NCBI GenBank assembly: GCA_963693365.1
Contig: CAVNZM010000017.1
Location: 783,989 to 847,988 of the forward strand
DNA: 64,000 nucleotides
Direction: 5' to 3'
DNA from: Amoebidium appalachense
Lineage: Eukaryota > Protista > Ichthyosporea
Shown here: one piece after another, positions 38,736-52,386 of the stretch
How the letters are laid out: each line of letters opens with the position of its first letter
Numbering within the stretch: the first letter of the stretch is position 1
The notes under the pieces: generated by a model
What the model saw: the letters and a program-made list of their open reading frames with translations, nothing else
Told to the model about the DNA's origin: nothing
The model's database searches: none
Program-made: the position numbers and the translations under genes

Positions 38736-39715
38736 TTGTCGATCCGTGTTTACACACTCACGTGCTAAGCATGTGTGCCTTCCCTCCTTCTACTCTATCG
38801 GGATGTGTACTATGCACTGAATGACTTAACCCCCTCCCCCCCCCCCCCCTCCCCACCCATCCCCTCCATCCACACACACACACACACACACACACACTCC
38901 CACTATACCGCTCACCTGGCGAATTTCACCCCCTTCTTCCCGTCTGCCTTCTCGTTCCTCCCCTCCCTCGCCCGCCAAACACCCACTTACCACCTTCTCT
39001 TTCCATTCACCCCTTTTACCTCCCCCTCCAACCCTTCCCCCCCCCCCCCCCCTCCCCTGCGGGCACCCGGGACATCCCCCCGTTCTCCCCTTTCGCCCCC
39101 CCCCCGCATCCTCGGCGCCCATTTCTCCTCTTGCTGCCTGCTGCAAAAAAAACAGGGGTGTCCATGACATGGGTCACGTCCCCCCCCCCCTCCCCCACCC
39201 CCCCCCCCCCTTCCCCTCCCCCCCCCCCCCCCCCCCAAAAAAAAGGGTAAAAAAATCCCCCCTACTCAACCGACGAGAATAGACTATGCACCACTAACCC
39301 GTATCAGCGTAATTATTGGCGTTTACATACACTGTGTACCATTTGCTTGTTTTGTTGTGCAGGCTCGTACCGTCTTGGTGACCACACGTGTAATGATACT
39401 TGTAATGAGGGGCAAAGGAGTCTAGCGTACCCCTAATTCAAACGCTTTGTGTTAGAAAGGTTGTGGGTCGATTGTTGCAGTCACCAATAGGCTGGGAGTC
39501 AGTTGTGTCTGATGTTTGTTCGCAAATGGAAGTTCATTTTTGTAGTGGTGGTCTCTGTTTGTGTTGTCGTGTTCACTTTCTCTTTTCCGTGTGTCTAAAT
39601 AGCCCCCCCCCCCCCCCACTCCCCCACCCCCTCCCCCTGGCCTCCTCCCTACCTTTCCCCAACACGCACACGCACACACCGACACACACACACATGCACA
39701 CTCACAGGCGCACAG

Positions 39716-39748
<33 letters not shown>

Positions 39749-39950
39749 CACACCCACACCCACCAACACACACACGCACACACACACACACACACAAAAA
39801 AACACACACACACACACACAGACACACAGCCAGTCACCATGAGTGGACGGTGGGCACAGGCTGGTGGGTGGCTCTGCCGATTGGTGCCTTCCCGTCTAAA
39901 CACCACCCTCCCCCGAGCAGCCACAGTATGAGACCCCCCCTCCCCCGCCT

Positions 39951-39981
<31 letters not shown>

Positions 39982-40118
39982 TTCACCCACTCACCCACAC
40001 ACACACACACACACACACCAGACCCACCCACCCACACACACACACACATTCCCCCCCCCCCCCCCCCTCCCCCCCCACACACACATCCAACCTTTCCCCA
40101 TTCCCCCCCATCCCCCCC

Positions 40119-40209
40119 GACAGATTTTAGGTTTTTCATTTTTGTGACGTTTTGCAGTCTCTCCTCCAATGTCTCCTCCATATATCCAACCCTCTAACGC
40201 ATACATCAA
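40119..40209 (+). mobile_element. Poly(C)-abutting element, subfamily B, copy B3 (short)
   Basis: TTTTGTGACGTTT..GTCTCCTCCATAT.TCCAACCCT.TAACGCATACATCA homologous to 53178-53262; C-rich sequence on both sides. Confidence 0.7.
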
Positions 40210-41052
40210 CTTCTCCCTCTCCCCCCCTCCCCCTAACCCTTCCCCCCTCGGCCTCTCACCTTGCCCAAACCCATGCCTCCTTGCGCTCTTAGGGGAGAAG
40301 AAGGAAAGGCAGTGTCCCATTGTACCTATGTGCATGCGCCCGCCTGGTCAGTGCCCCCCCCCAAAACATGCCCAACGCTATTGGAGGCAAATGAATGAAT
40401 GAAACTTCTGCCTGTTTTCTTGTGCTCATCTATTCTCCTTGCGTCCCTCCCCCTCCCCCTCCCCTCCCCTCCCTCAACCCCCCCCCCCAGGAACCCCGCT
40501 ATGCTGTTTATCTTCTGCCTGCATGTTTTGGAGTTGTCACTTGTGCTCTTTTCTCTGTGGGTTTTAAAGACATTGCATCCGCTCTGCTCCCCCGGCCCTT
40601 ACTGCATACATCCCCCCCCCCCCCCCCCCCCCTCCCTTTTCACCGCAGTTAAAAAAAAACAACAACAAAAAAAAAAAACACACACAAAAAAAAACAACAC
40701 AAGCTCTCACATACATGGCCACGAACCAACCCCTACCACTCCACGTTCGACTAATCCAATCCCGTCGGCAGGCATGTTTTTCCCGCGGGTCTTTCACCCA
40801 TGCACACAACCGTGTGGCTGCCAGAGCTATTTTTAGGCACCCACTGGACCGTACTGCCGTGGCGACAACTACACAGCGGCACATGCACTTCTTGGCGCCA
40901 CGGGCAGGTGTGTTTTCTCACCATGTGCACACACACATAAGTGTTCCCCCACAGGTGATTCGTACGGGCACACAAACACACACATACACAAGCCCTCACA
41001 CACACACGTGCGCTCATATGCACACTCACGCGCGCGCACACAAGCACAAAAT

Positions 41053-41138
<86 letters not shown>

Positions 41139-41384
41139 GCACACACGCACACACGCACATGCGCGCAACACACCCACACGCACACAAGCCCATCCACACA
41201 TCCACATATCCACACTCACAAAGGAAGCTTTCTACAAAGGTGCGCACATGTAGGCATATATATTTAGCCTCACATGCATCGACATGGACATTCAGTCCCA
41301 CGCGCTCACAGACCAGAGAAGTGCGCATGTGTTTTTGCGCCCCGAAAACAAAATTTGAAGTGTAGACAAACACACACAGCAAGG

Positions 41385-41437
<53 letters not shown>

Positions 41438-41993
41438 CGTGCGCGCGCACCCGCTCACGCACTCACGCACGCACACATGTGCACCCCCCCCCCACACACA
41501 CACACATACACACACAACACACACACACACACAGACACACACAGCCACACACACACACACACACACACGTCTCCATAAGCAAGGGTGCAGTTGCAGGTTG
41601 AAGAAAATCACAAGCACATTTGTTGAAGCTAACATCAGCCCCCCCCCCCCAACCCCGGGTGACCCAAGCACACACATATACAAGCCTGGTTTTGGTCTTG
41701 CCATGCCCCCTTACACCCCTTTTTCCAGATTGCCTGACCAATCGTTTCAGAGCATCCGACCACATCATCCATTCATCCTACTTCTCCACTTGTGTCGGCC
41801 GAACCATCACCGGCTCCATCAGGGTATGTCTGTGTCCCCCCCCCCTCCCCCCCCCCCCCCCCCCTTCCTTCCTCCTCCTCCTCCCCAAGCAGCCAAACCA
41901 CGCAGTCAACCCACGTACGCTCGCCCAACCACCCACCTTATCCATCTCCCACCTTACACTCTACCAAGGAAGCGAGTTTGTAAACGGAGGGGG

Positions 41994-42049
<56 letters not shown>

Positions 42050-42147
42050 GTAACACATCTAGACACACGTGTGCGCATGCACACACAAGAATATACACAC
42101 ACACACACGACGCGCATACATACGCGCGCGCACACACGCAACCACAC

Positions 42148-42183
<36 letters not shown>

Positions 42184-42275
42184 AACACTTACAGACACAA
42201 ACACACACACGCATACACGCACATACACACACATGCGCGCGCACACACAAACACAAGACCGCACACAGACCCCCC

Positions 42276-42375
<100 letters not shown>

Positions 42376-42462
42376 CAAAAATATCACCTGCACCGGACAT
42401 CAGCGTTATGCACCCTCGAAGTTTATAAGTTTCATGCAGTGCTGACAATCTGCTTCCACCAG

Positions 42463-43386
42463 GCCAACTCTGTGGCTGGGCCGTTGAGTCCACTGCCCAC
42501 ATTGCAGAGGCAGGCGGAAAGGCCAGTGTCTACAAAAACACAGGGCTCAGGTCCTGACGAGGAGCCCAAATTCAGGGGTGTTTGTTGGCACCAACCAACT
42601 TCCAAATGGATGTCAAGGCTTCATGATACGTTTCACATTGGCTGTTTCGAATGCCAGGTTTCTGCTGCACGACACAACGACGTTGCCATTCGATACCTCG
42701 TCCAATCAAAAGTGCTGGACGAGAAATACTTGGCAAGGACCAACGTCAGCCTGGGCTTGTTGGAGCAATTTGTGCCCACGGCTGAGGAGACGGAGAGAGT
42801 GGTGAAACGGTGGAAGGAACAGGTGACGAGGGAATATTCCTCAGTGTTTCGAGGTGTTTGTAAGAGAACCAGTGCTCGTAGAACAAGAAGGGTGTGGGTG
42901 GCGCATTTTTCTGATGAATCCGGCACACAACGTTGGATCGGTTCCTTTTTGACTGAGATTGAGGCGGCATGTGCTGTGGATGTGGCTGTGAGAGCCTTAA
43001 AATTGCCTAAGTCGGAGAAGATCAGACGGATTAATTTCTGCGAAGAAAGTGATTATCTCACAGACAGCCAGGCACGCAGAGGTAGGTGTATAGGGGTGTA
43101 TAAGGGGGGAAGGATCTCAAAACCATGGCGTGTTCGGGCCCCAGCCAACAAGCAAGTGGCACCTATCAAAAAGTCTAGCCCCTGGACTCAAAAGGAAATT
43201 TTACCATCAAGCATGCATACTGGGTACTATGCAAGGAAACTGGAAGCGATCGAAGCATATGACCGGTTTGTGCTGGACCAATGGGCACAGCGGAACGAAC
43301 CACGGGGCCCTCTGCCGCCCACAAATTTTAGTCCAGCCAGATATGGCTATAACCTTATTAGTCCACCCACTATACCACCCCTTTAA
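42463..43386 (+). CDS. Terminal exon of a protein with three AP2/ERF-like DNA-binding domains; upstream exons probably lie in 39360-41825
   Basis: KFRGVCWH..KWMSRL..HIGCFECQVSAARHND; SSVFRGV..WVAHF..WIGSFLTEIEAACAVD..INF; CIGVY..WRVR..TGYYARKLEAIEAYD..TNF; acceptor CCACCAG ending at 42462. Confidence 0.85.
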   Translation, partial: ANSVAGPLSPLPTLQRQAERPVSTKTQGSGPDEEPKFRGVCWHQPTSKWMSRLHDTFHIGCFECQVSAARHNDVAIRYLVQSKVLDEKYLARTNVSLGLLEQFVPTAEETERVVKRWKEQVTREYSSVFRGVCKRTSARRTRRVWVAHFSDESGTQRWIGSFLTEIEAACAVDVAVRALKLPKSEKIRRINFCEESDYLTDSQARRGRCIGVYKGGRISKPWRVRAPANKQVAPIKKSSPWTQKEILPSSMHTGYYARKLEAIEAYDRFVLDQWAQRNEPRGPLPPTNFSPARYGYNLISPPTIPPL

Positions 43387-44590
43387 TAACGAAACAGAGC
43401 CCGGAAACCCACCTTAGCGGAGAGGCAGGCCGCGAAGAACGCTCGTTCACCTACACCCACTCATCCTACACTGGAAAGCTTGGCTGAGATCGAGCCTGCA
43501 TATTTTAACATCATTTGTGGAACTTTAGAGGCATCATACCGTTCACCCTAGTTAGTTTAGGTTCATGTCAATTTGCCCTCCTGTAACTGCAGCTGATCAT
43601 GAGCAATATTACATAGTATTCGATTTGATTACTTTGCTTATCTTTTTGTTGTGTGGTTAGGTTATCCCCCAGCTTCTGTACTTGTGTTGGCGGCTGTTGC
43701 CACTGGGCAGGGCCAGGTGCCGCGTTTGTCAGCTGCGGGAAGTGTACGTCGTGTGTCATGGGGGTAGCTGCCGGGAGCACTCTTAGACTAGTAATCTATT
43801 CTATTTGTGTAGGAATTTATGAACCGACATCTGTGGGTGTGCGCATACATAGTGATCACTGTGGTCTAATCTGCTTCCTATGACAGTGTGATGGGAGGCA
43901 ATCCTTCGTATGTATGTATATAGTCGTTGACCACCCCTTTTAACACACCCAGGTAGGCCATAGTGGATTCCAAAGAAGTTCAGAGCTCAATTTCAGTACA
44001 ATGATCATAAAGTATGATATTTTCTATGCACTTAACTCTTATATACTTGGCTAAGAATTAGCAATTGTTGACCCTCCTAGTCGAGCTCGTACATGCAGCT
44101 TTTATGATTAGCAGTCCCACGGCAGAATTTTCGTTATTGTTATGTAAATCTTGGATAACGTTCCGGTGACGCTATCTCTTAGCGACTATCTTGCTGTGTC
44201 TATGGCAACTGTACTATATATTCAGTCTTGCCTGTCTGATGCTCCGATCTAAAAAAATCTACTACAAAAAAATGGAGCCAACAACGGAAATAAAACGGAG
44301 TTTCACTAACGTCACATAACATCATGAGGAGACATGACATTTTAGTAACACAGGTGACCATATTACATCCTATAGTATACATGGACAGAAAACGAAAAAT
44401 TCATATATGCAACCATGTGCAATGGATCCTTACCCCCCCCCCATAACACACACGCACGCACAAACACACACCGTCACAGTGCACGCTATGACTGAAAACA
44501 TATCGAATAGAAGCCTCGTGCCAGAGTCTACAGAATAACCTCCTGTACTATGAGGTGCCCACACTCAATTGGAAAACAATTCTCATCCTG

Positions 44591-44625
<35 letters not shown>

Positions 44626-44693
44626 GCCACCTTGTTTTGTGTGTGAGGGCAGATGGAGTGCTTTGATGTCGTGTGTATGTAGGGAGTAAGGGG

Positions 44694-44775
<82 letters not shown>

Positions 44776-45175
44776 AGGAGGGGGGGGGGGGGGGGGGGGG
44801 GTAGAAGGAGGAGGGGCGGGGGGAGGGGCAGGTTCAGGTGTGAACGCTAGTGGTATACTATTGATGGGGATGTGTGAAAGAAAGAGGAGTGTCTCTAAAT
44901 GCTTGAAAATCCGGCCTCATTCACCGATTGCTCAAATATTAACACGCGTGGAGACAAAAAGTACTTCTGCATGTGTGGGCCGGGGGGGAAGGGGGGGGGG
45001 GGGAGGGGGGCAAATAAAAATGCGATATCGACTGCTAAATTCATATCTATTTTTGGTATTTTCAATTCAACGATCTGTTTGAAGTTTTATCTCGCCCCAT
45101 CCTTCTTTTTTTCTTTCTTTCTTTCTTTATTTATTTCATTGTTTTCTTATTTCGTTCTTTCTTTTTTCTTTTTTC

Positions 45176-45206
<31 letters not shown>

Positions 45207-45273
45207 GGGGGGGGGGGGGGGGGTCGCCGTATGTGTTGTTTTCTGGCCCGATGGGCCATCCCCGGCAGCATAG

Positions 45274-45313
<40 letters not shown>

Positions 45314-45482
45314 ACCACCACCACCACCACCACCACCACCACCACCACCACCACCACCACCACACCACCCCCCCACCCCCAACACACACCCACGCATACA
45401 CACACACAAAACCACCCCTATCCCAGCTCTCTCCATCCCTCCTACCTCCTCCTCTCCTTCCCTCCTCCCCGCCTCCCCCCCC

Positions 45483-45523
<41 letters not shown>

Positions 45524-45724
45524 AAAAAAACAAAAAAACTTCAAGCCTCCCCTACCTACCCACAAACCCAGCCGACCGTATACCAAATCGATAATCGATT
45601 TTCAAAAGCACTCTATCTTGGTCGTAATGTTTCCATTGTTACGCGGTAAGAGAAGTAGAAGGGGATATATATACGATATGATACTGGACGTGGTAGGAAA
45701 TGGGTTAGGTGTGCTGGGCAAGTG

Positions 45725-45783
<59 letters not shown>

Positions 45784-45981
45784 ACAGTGTATATGTGGGT
45801 GTGTGCGCGCGCGCGTCACGCGGCGCGTGCGTGTGTTTGGGGGGGGGGGGGGGGGGGGGAGGGGGGGCTGGGAGGGGTCGTATTGAAACTCTGCTATTGT
45901 TTAATTTGTTCATGCTCTATGGGGAACTTCGGAATGCACAGCAAAGAGTGTGCTTTGGGCTGGGGGGAATTCGAAGTTTAA

Positions 45982-46323
45982 GGTCTAAGATAGATCCGTC
46001 AGCGGAATAGCTTAAACTGTCAACAAACAATCTGTGCCTGTGTGTATGCATGCCGGGACCTTTCATTAACTTAAAGCACAAGCGGGCTTGTGGCTAAACG
46101 ACTATAGGCCAATATTGGCGCATCTTTAACGGCAATGCCTACAAATGTATAGAACCATATATGGGTAAAACCAATCATTGCGCTCGGTTGCACATGCGAC
46201 TGCAAATCAGGTGTCATTAACAACACAATCTTAGACTGTGCCGCTGAGTTCGAGCCCAGTTATATTTACTTCTGAGCCACGTCATTACGCCATCACAAGG
46301 CGAGTTATTGTTCGACTTAGACC
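45982..46323. mobile_element. Non-autonomous Kolobok-like element (MITE)
   Basis: TTAA|GGTCTAAG .. CTTAGACC|TTAA: 8-bp TIR, RR..YY termini, TTAA TSD. Confidence 0.6.
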
Positions 46324-47021
46324 TTAAGAAATTTGCTGCGTGGGATGTTCAAAGCCTGTCACATCACTCGTGAGATGGGGAGATGAGAACGAATATTTAT
46401 CAAAACACATCATAAGTTATAACCGAAACTCGCTATAGGAATATGCAGTGTGTATGTTCTTCACACCCATCCAGCTGCATCTGCGCACGCAAAAACTGAG
46501 AAAATTGCTTCTACACAAGCACCCCCCCCACCCCCCCCCTCCTCCCCTCCCCACCCCCACCCCAACCTTTCCTTCTTCCCATCTTACCAAGCCCCCTACC
46601 CCCTTCCTGCCCCTCTCTCCGTGACCCCCTTTTCAAGCAAATTCTTTCTTTCCGATTTCTTTTGTTTTTATACAGCTTCTTTTCTTTCCGTACTTCATTT
46701 CTTCTTTCTTTCTTTCTTTCATTTTTTCCCTATGTTCTTCTTCTTTTCTTGTTTTTCTCCTGCCGTGCAGGCCGGGGGGGGGAGGGGGGGGGGGGGGGGG
46801 GGGGGAGGTGGGGAGGGGAGGGGAAGGGGGGAGGAAGGGTATGTGTGTGGGAGGAGGGGGGGGGGGGGGACTTCCAGGAAACGGTGCACTATGTAGATCC
46901 ACATTGGGGAAAGGGGGGGGAGGGGGGGGGGGGGGGGGGGGTTGCGCTGGCTTTTGATTTTTTGCACGTGCTATCGCAGTGGGTGGAAGGTTGGTGAACA
47001 GATGCTTGCGTGTGTGTGGGG

Positions 47022-47072
<51 letters not shown>

Positions 47073-48005
47073 ACGGCTGGAGGTGTGTTAACGTGTTCGT
47101 GCAAAAACAACACCTTGCAGTGCGCTACGATATGACGGTATTTAAACGGCCGTGCCTTGCTGCATGCTACCTTGCTGTCTGCGTGTACCGTACCCTCACA
47201 CTGTGTGTGTGATTGAGTGAGACTCAAAGAAGGGGGAGGGGGGAGGGGGGAGGGGGGAAAGGGGGAGGGGGGTGGGGGGGAGAGGGGGAGGGGGGTGGGG
47301 GGTGGGGGGAACCCACCGTAGTACCATCCGCTAAAAGGATGTGGTGGGGTTGCACTCCAAATTTCTACCAATCCCCCCCCCCCCCTCCCCCCCCCCCCTC
47401 CCCCTCCCCCCCTCCCCCCCCCCCCCCCCCCCCCCCCCACCACCACCACCACCACCACCACCACCCGCCCTTCTCCCCCTCGCGACCGCCATGTCAAAAC
47501 CAAGAAATCAAGGTCTTCTTTAAAACATTGGTTTTGGTGTGGTTTGATGTTTAGTCAGACTGTGCAGCATGGTTTAAGGCCTAAGTCACGCCATGCATCG
47601 ATTTCTGACTCAGAATGTCAGAATAGATGTCCGGCACTGCCTATATACATTACACACACATGTAATCTTTGAAATCTCTTCTTGAAATTACGGCAAAGAA
47701 ATGTAACAGTTCAAAAAATGTCAATGGTAATCCACTATGTGTTACTATGGTTTCTTTTAAGAATGCCCCCCCGCCACACACACTCACCTCCCCACACCCC
47801 ACACCCCCTCCCCCCCCAAAAAACCACACCCACCCACTTTTTGGTAGCCCTTGTACTTCTATCTCCAGCCCGGGGCTGCTCCTTTTCCCACAATCAAGCC
47901 ACACTCAAATGTTTCATATATAGAAATAGCCGATCATGTAAGAATTAGTCACGTGACTATAGCCCAATGATTCAATGCGCATCAATTGCCAGTGTGCATC
48001 TTTAA

Positions 48006-48254
48006 CCTGTTCATACCGGAAAATTTCCCTAAATAGTCACTTCAGAAACACAGAAACGGCAGATACAAAAGTATACGAAATGACGATATTATCCCCAAAC
48101 CAACTTAGAAGAGTACGTAGTTTAGGGATATACGTTTCGATATTTTCAATTTATTTGAGCTTTTTCTATCGATTTTGGGCCGCAATACAGTTGTTTAGAG
48201 CTGTTTAGAGCTGGCCGGCCGCCGGCCAAATCAATTGGTGCCGGCCCGAAGAGG
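48006..48254. mobile_element. piggyBac-like MITE
   Basis: TTAA|CCTGTTCATACCGG .. CCGGCCCGAAGAGG|TTAA: imperfect TIR with TTAA TSD. Confidence 0.45.
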
Positions 48255-49211
48255 TTAATAATGGATGGATGTGCTTAGTAATTTTTGATAAGGCATTTTT
48301 GGTGCCCAAAAAATGGTCACACTAAACGTGTCACAGACAAAAAATGTAAAGTTTAACAAACCATGAGCAACCAAGGAATCACTTTTGTGAAAAGGATGTG
48401 ATAGCCTATGTGCCCATGCGACAAGTGTGTGCGGCGCAAGTTGAGATAAACTTCAGACTGTGGATACAGGCACGTTTTCAGCACGTTTTCATGCCAGCGT
48501 GTTTATTATGACATTCTTTTATAACGATTCTTCGAGTCTGCCACGCCATTCCGTACGGGCGGTGGAGTACAACTCGGTGTGTGCACATAGGGACGCAAGC
48601 AAAATGGCTTTGGGTGGTGCCGTGCACTAGAGGGGTTGCTTCCCTTTTTTCTTTTTCAATCAATATAATCCCTGGATAGGTGCGGCAGGCCAGTGGCAGT
48701 TCTTCTAGAACACACTGAGGTTTCCATATTTTGTATATAAGAACTTGAATTAATTGGCGGGAGGAAGGGAGACGGAGGTGGGGCAGGGGGGGGGAGGGGG
48801 GGGGGGAGGAGGAAGCAGATATAAGGAGGTCGGGCATCTGATTGAGCGTGGAGGGAGGGGATCCGGAGTGAGCTGGTGGAGGGGGGGAGGGGGGGGGGGG
48901 GGGGAGGTGATTGGGAGGGAGACGCAGGAGGGGAAGGGGGAAAGGGGGGAGGGTTGGAGGGAAGTGTAGTGGGGAGAGCGGGTTTTTGGGTGGCGGGCGG
49001 GTGGTCGAACCGGAACTTCGGAACGAGAGGATGTGTATGTGCATATGTTTGCGTTTTTGCGGGTGGATGGTGTGTGTAGTGGGTGGGTGGAGGATGTGGG
49101 GGGTGGGGGTTAGTGAGCGCAATATAGCACTTACTCTCTAAAAAAGGTGCCGGGTTATGTAATGGCTTCCATGGTGACACGTGAATGTGTGTGGGGAGGT
49201 TGGCCAACATA

Positions 49212-49242
<31 letters not shown>

Positions 49243-49789
49243 CTCCCACATCACCACCACACACACACACACACACACACACAGGCACACACATACCCAC
49301 CCTTGTGTCTGCTCAACATACGTGTGTATCACCGAGGGTACTTCATTTCCTCCCCAACAATCAGGCCCGGCACAAAACTTACCCTTCTCTCCCCCTCCCC
49401 CTTCCCCCCCCCCCACCTCCCCCTCCCCCTCCCCCTCGAGCTCCTCCCCCTCCCCCCCCCTTCCCCCGGCCCCTTGAGCTCCCCACCACCACTACCACCA
49501 ACCACCCTTCCACCACCCGCACACCAAAACTACATAAATTAAACTAACCACACACAACTCACAAACAACCAAACACTTCTCTCTCACCGTAAACATAAGC
49601 CTCTTCGAAGGCACCCCTAATACCTACTTGGTATTCCATGACGGCCACCCCCTGTGTTTATTGCATCCTTCACACACACACTCCTTCCCTCCACCCGTCC
49701 ATCCGCGAGAATGAATATTGCAACATCATGAGCCGCCCCCCTCCCCTCCCCCTCCCCCCTCCCCCTCCCCCCCCCTCCCCTCCCCCGAG

Positions 49790-49823
<34 letters not shown>

Positions 49824-50886
49824 CCTGTCACGTATCACATGTCCCTCGGCACAGATCGCCCTAATAAATCCGAAGATCAACGGCCAATTAAAGCTCTTCC
49901 ACCCTCTCTCTCCCCTTCCCCCTCCCCCCCCCCATCTCCCCCCCCCCCCCCCCCCCCCCCCCCCACACACACACACCCACCCATCTCCCTCAGAGTCTTT
50001 CCCCACGACTCCTTTGGTATGTATCTACCCCAACGCATTCATACCCCCTTCCCCCCCCCCCCCCCCCCCCCCCCTCGGCAACCGTTAACGTCTCCCGAAA
50101 AGTTCCCTCTTCCTTGTCTACTGATCTACAATTCAAACAGCCTGAAAGAAATGGCTTATTTAAAATATATATTTATTTATTTAAATTAACCCACAGCAGG
50201 TTCGTGCATTGCCAAATGTGCACAGGTGAGTCATAGGGGCAGCCACAACTCTGAAAGCGGGAATGTAGCTATTTAATTACGTAGGGAAGAAGAAGGAAAG
50301 GAGGAGGCCGTGTGAGTGGGGAAGTTGGTCAGGGGTAAGGAGGGATTTAACTCTTTATGGTGTAAGGTACGGAATAGTGTACGGTTTTGGTGGGTGTATT
50401 TAACTGCACTGATGCACTGATGTATGCATTAACTAGTATATTTGTATGTATGCCATCGAGACGACTGATTAATTGTTGTACCCCGATAAGTCGGCTAAGG
50501 AGCTTTATTAAATGTAGCAATAATTAATTAATGCACACCTTGTGAACATTTATCATACATTAATAAGAACCAGTACTGTAAACCGACCAACATATATTAA
50601 TCACCACGCCTGAAGGTAATCGCCTTCACTCATGAGCCTCAGATAAACACACTCAATAGTATGTATTCATACGGTATAATTGCACAGTTGGCCACAATTC
50701 AATCTATATATATGAATAAGGGACATCTGCTGTACACATCAAGTTTATGTCCAAGTCATGTATTGTAGACGAAGAGTTAAGAACGAGCATCACACAAGGC
50801 AAAGTCCGTGACGAACATCACTCAGCATATATACCTTTGTGATATACATATATAGTATACGCTCAAAAGCAAAAGATTATGTTTTG

Positions 50887-51378
50887 TTATACCAACATTT
50901 TCTTGATATCCGCAGCAATAGCCTCCGGTGTGGTAGTCGACGCATACCTCTTCACACAGTTGCCTTCTTTGTCCACCAGAAACTTCTCGAAGTTCCACTT
51001 AACCCTCTTCAGCCCCAGAAACGTCTGCTGCCCCTTCAGCCACGCCCACAAAGGATGCTCATTCTCACCGTTCACCTCCACTTTTTCCATAATAGGAAAT
51101 GTCACTTGCCATGTTCTTGAGCAGAATTGCGCAATCTCCTCCCCTTGGCCGGGCTCTTGGTTGCCAAATTGGTTGCATGGAAAGCCGATAATCACCAACC
51201 CCTGGTCTTTATATTGTTGGTAGAGGGATTCTAACCCCGTATATTGTGGGGCAAAACCGCATTTTGAGGCGACGTTTACCACCAAAACGACCTTGCCCTT
51301 GTAATCCGACATGTCGATGGGTTGCCCCTTGGCGTTGTTGGTGGTGAACGAGTGGAAATTCACGTTTGATAGAGTCAT
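50887..51378 (-). CDS. GPX: Cys-type glutathione peroxidase (thioredoxin-dependent GPX family), 163 aa, intronless
   Basis: VVNVASKCGF, IGFPCNQFGNQEPG and VKWNFEKFLVD signatures; ATG at 51378. Confidence 0.96.
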   Translation of the reverse strand: MTLSNVNFHSFTTNNAKGQPIDMSDYKGKVVLVVNVASKCGFAPQYTGLESLYQQYKDQGLVIIGFPCNQFGNQEPGQGEEIAQFCSRTWQVTFPIMEKVEVNGENEHPLWAWLKGQQTFLGLKRVKWNFEKFLVDKEGNCVKRYASTTTPEAIAADIKKMLV

Positions 51379-51507
51379 TTTAACGGTTTTGTGTGGTTGT
51401 CTATGTATGTGTTTTCCTAAGGTTTGGTGCCTGTCGTCGATGCTGTATGTGGGCATCCCAGCAGAGGTGTGTTATATACTCGGCGCCCCCGAGATTGGAA
51501 TGCAATT

Positions 51508-51564
51508 CATGATTCATTCGGATTTTGATTCGATCATGATTCATTCGGATTTTGATTCGATCAT
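51508..51564. repeat. 27-bp tandem duplication upstream of GPX
   Basis: CATGATTCATTCGGATTTTGATTCGAT occurs twice. Confidence 0.85.
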
Positions 51565-51746
51565 GTGGATCTAAAAACCACCAATAGGAATCCGTAAGAG
51601 GGACACAAATTTGTGTACAAATGACCGTTGTAATGACGGCGCCGGGCAAATCCGCAGTGCAGTGCATGGGCGGAGGAAACCGGTACACATATAATGTGAA
51701 TATTACTGCATACCAAACCATTAAAAAGTCATTAGTACCCATTTAA

Positions 51747-52386
51747 AGTGCTTGAATTACTATAAATGCATTTTCTGCCATCACAGGGCGATATTTTTGC
51801 GGCTGCAGCGGCTGGCATTGCAAATAAACTGAGGATTACGTCATCTTTTTTTGGCAACCATCTTTCCGTGATCTAAAACCAATCGATCGCAGCGGACGGT
51901 GGATTCGGTGAAGTGCGAACAAGCTCGCGCGAATTCGTACGAATTTCATCGCATGTAACAAGACTAATATACATAGGAGGCCAACATATTGCAATTAACC
52001 TTATTTTTTTTCTGTGCATATTTTGAATCAAAATATTGTCCTACACTTTATGACCGCAATCACAATCATGGCATAGAGATCGGCCGGAATCGGACTGCTG
52101 GGATGACGTCATGGCGGAGGCCCAACTTCAGGTTGTAGCTGAGGCATCAGGATCATATTTCATTTAAAAATACGTAGTAAAAGTACTTCACAGTTTTTCG
52201 AAGAGTTTGTATTGTTTTATAGAGAGAAAACAAAAGACTGGGTTGGAAAGTTCTAACTTTCCTGCATAAAACGGCCACACACGACTCGGGGGCACTCTGG
52301 CACTGACAACTTTGGATGGCCTACTAACGTGACGTCACGCACCGCCACCAAGTGGGAGAGTCACCTTCCCAGGTCCGGAGGTCACT
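51747..52386. mobile_element. Possible Kolobok-like non-autonomous element
   Basis: TTAA|AGTG .. CACT|TTAA with internal TGACGTCA motifs; the TIR is only 4 bp. Confidence 0.25.

Noticed and set aside
43384-43389. Reassigned genetic code (TAA or TGA as sense)
   Set aside because: GPX ends at TAA at the expected position, and the long host exons have no internal stops.
51259-51261. Selenocysteine GPX
   Set aside because: The active-site codon is TGC (Cys), not TGA.
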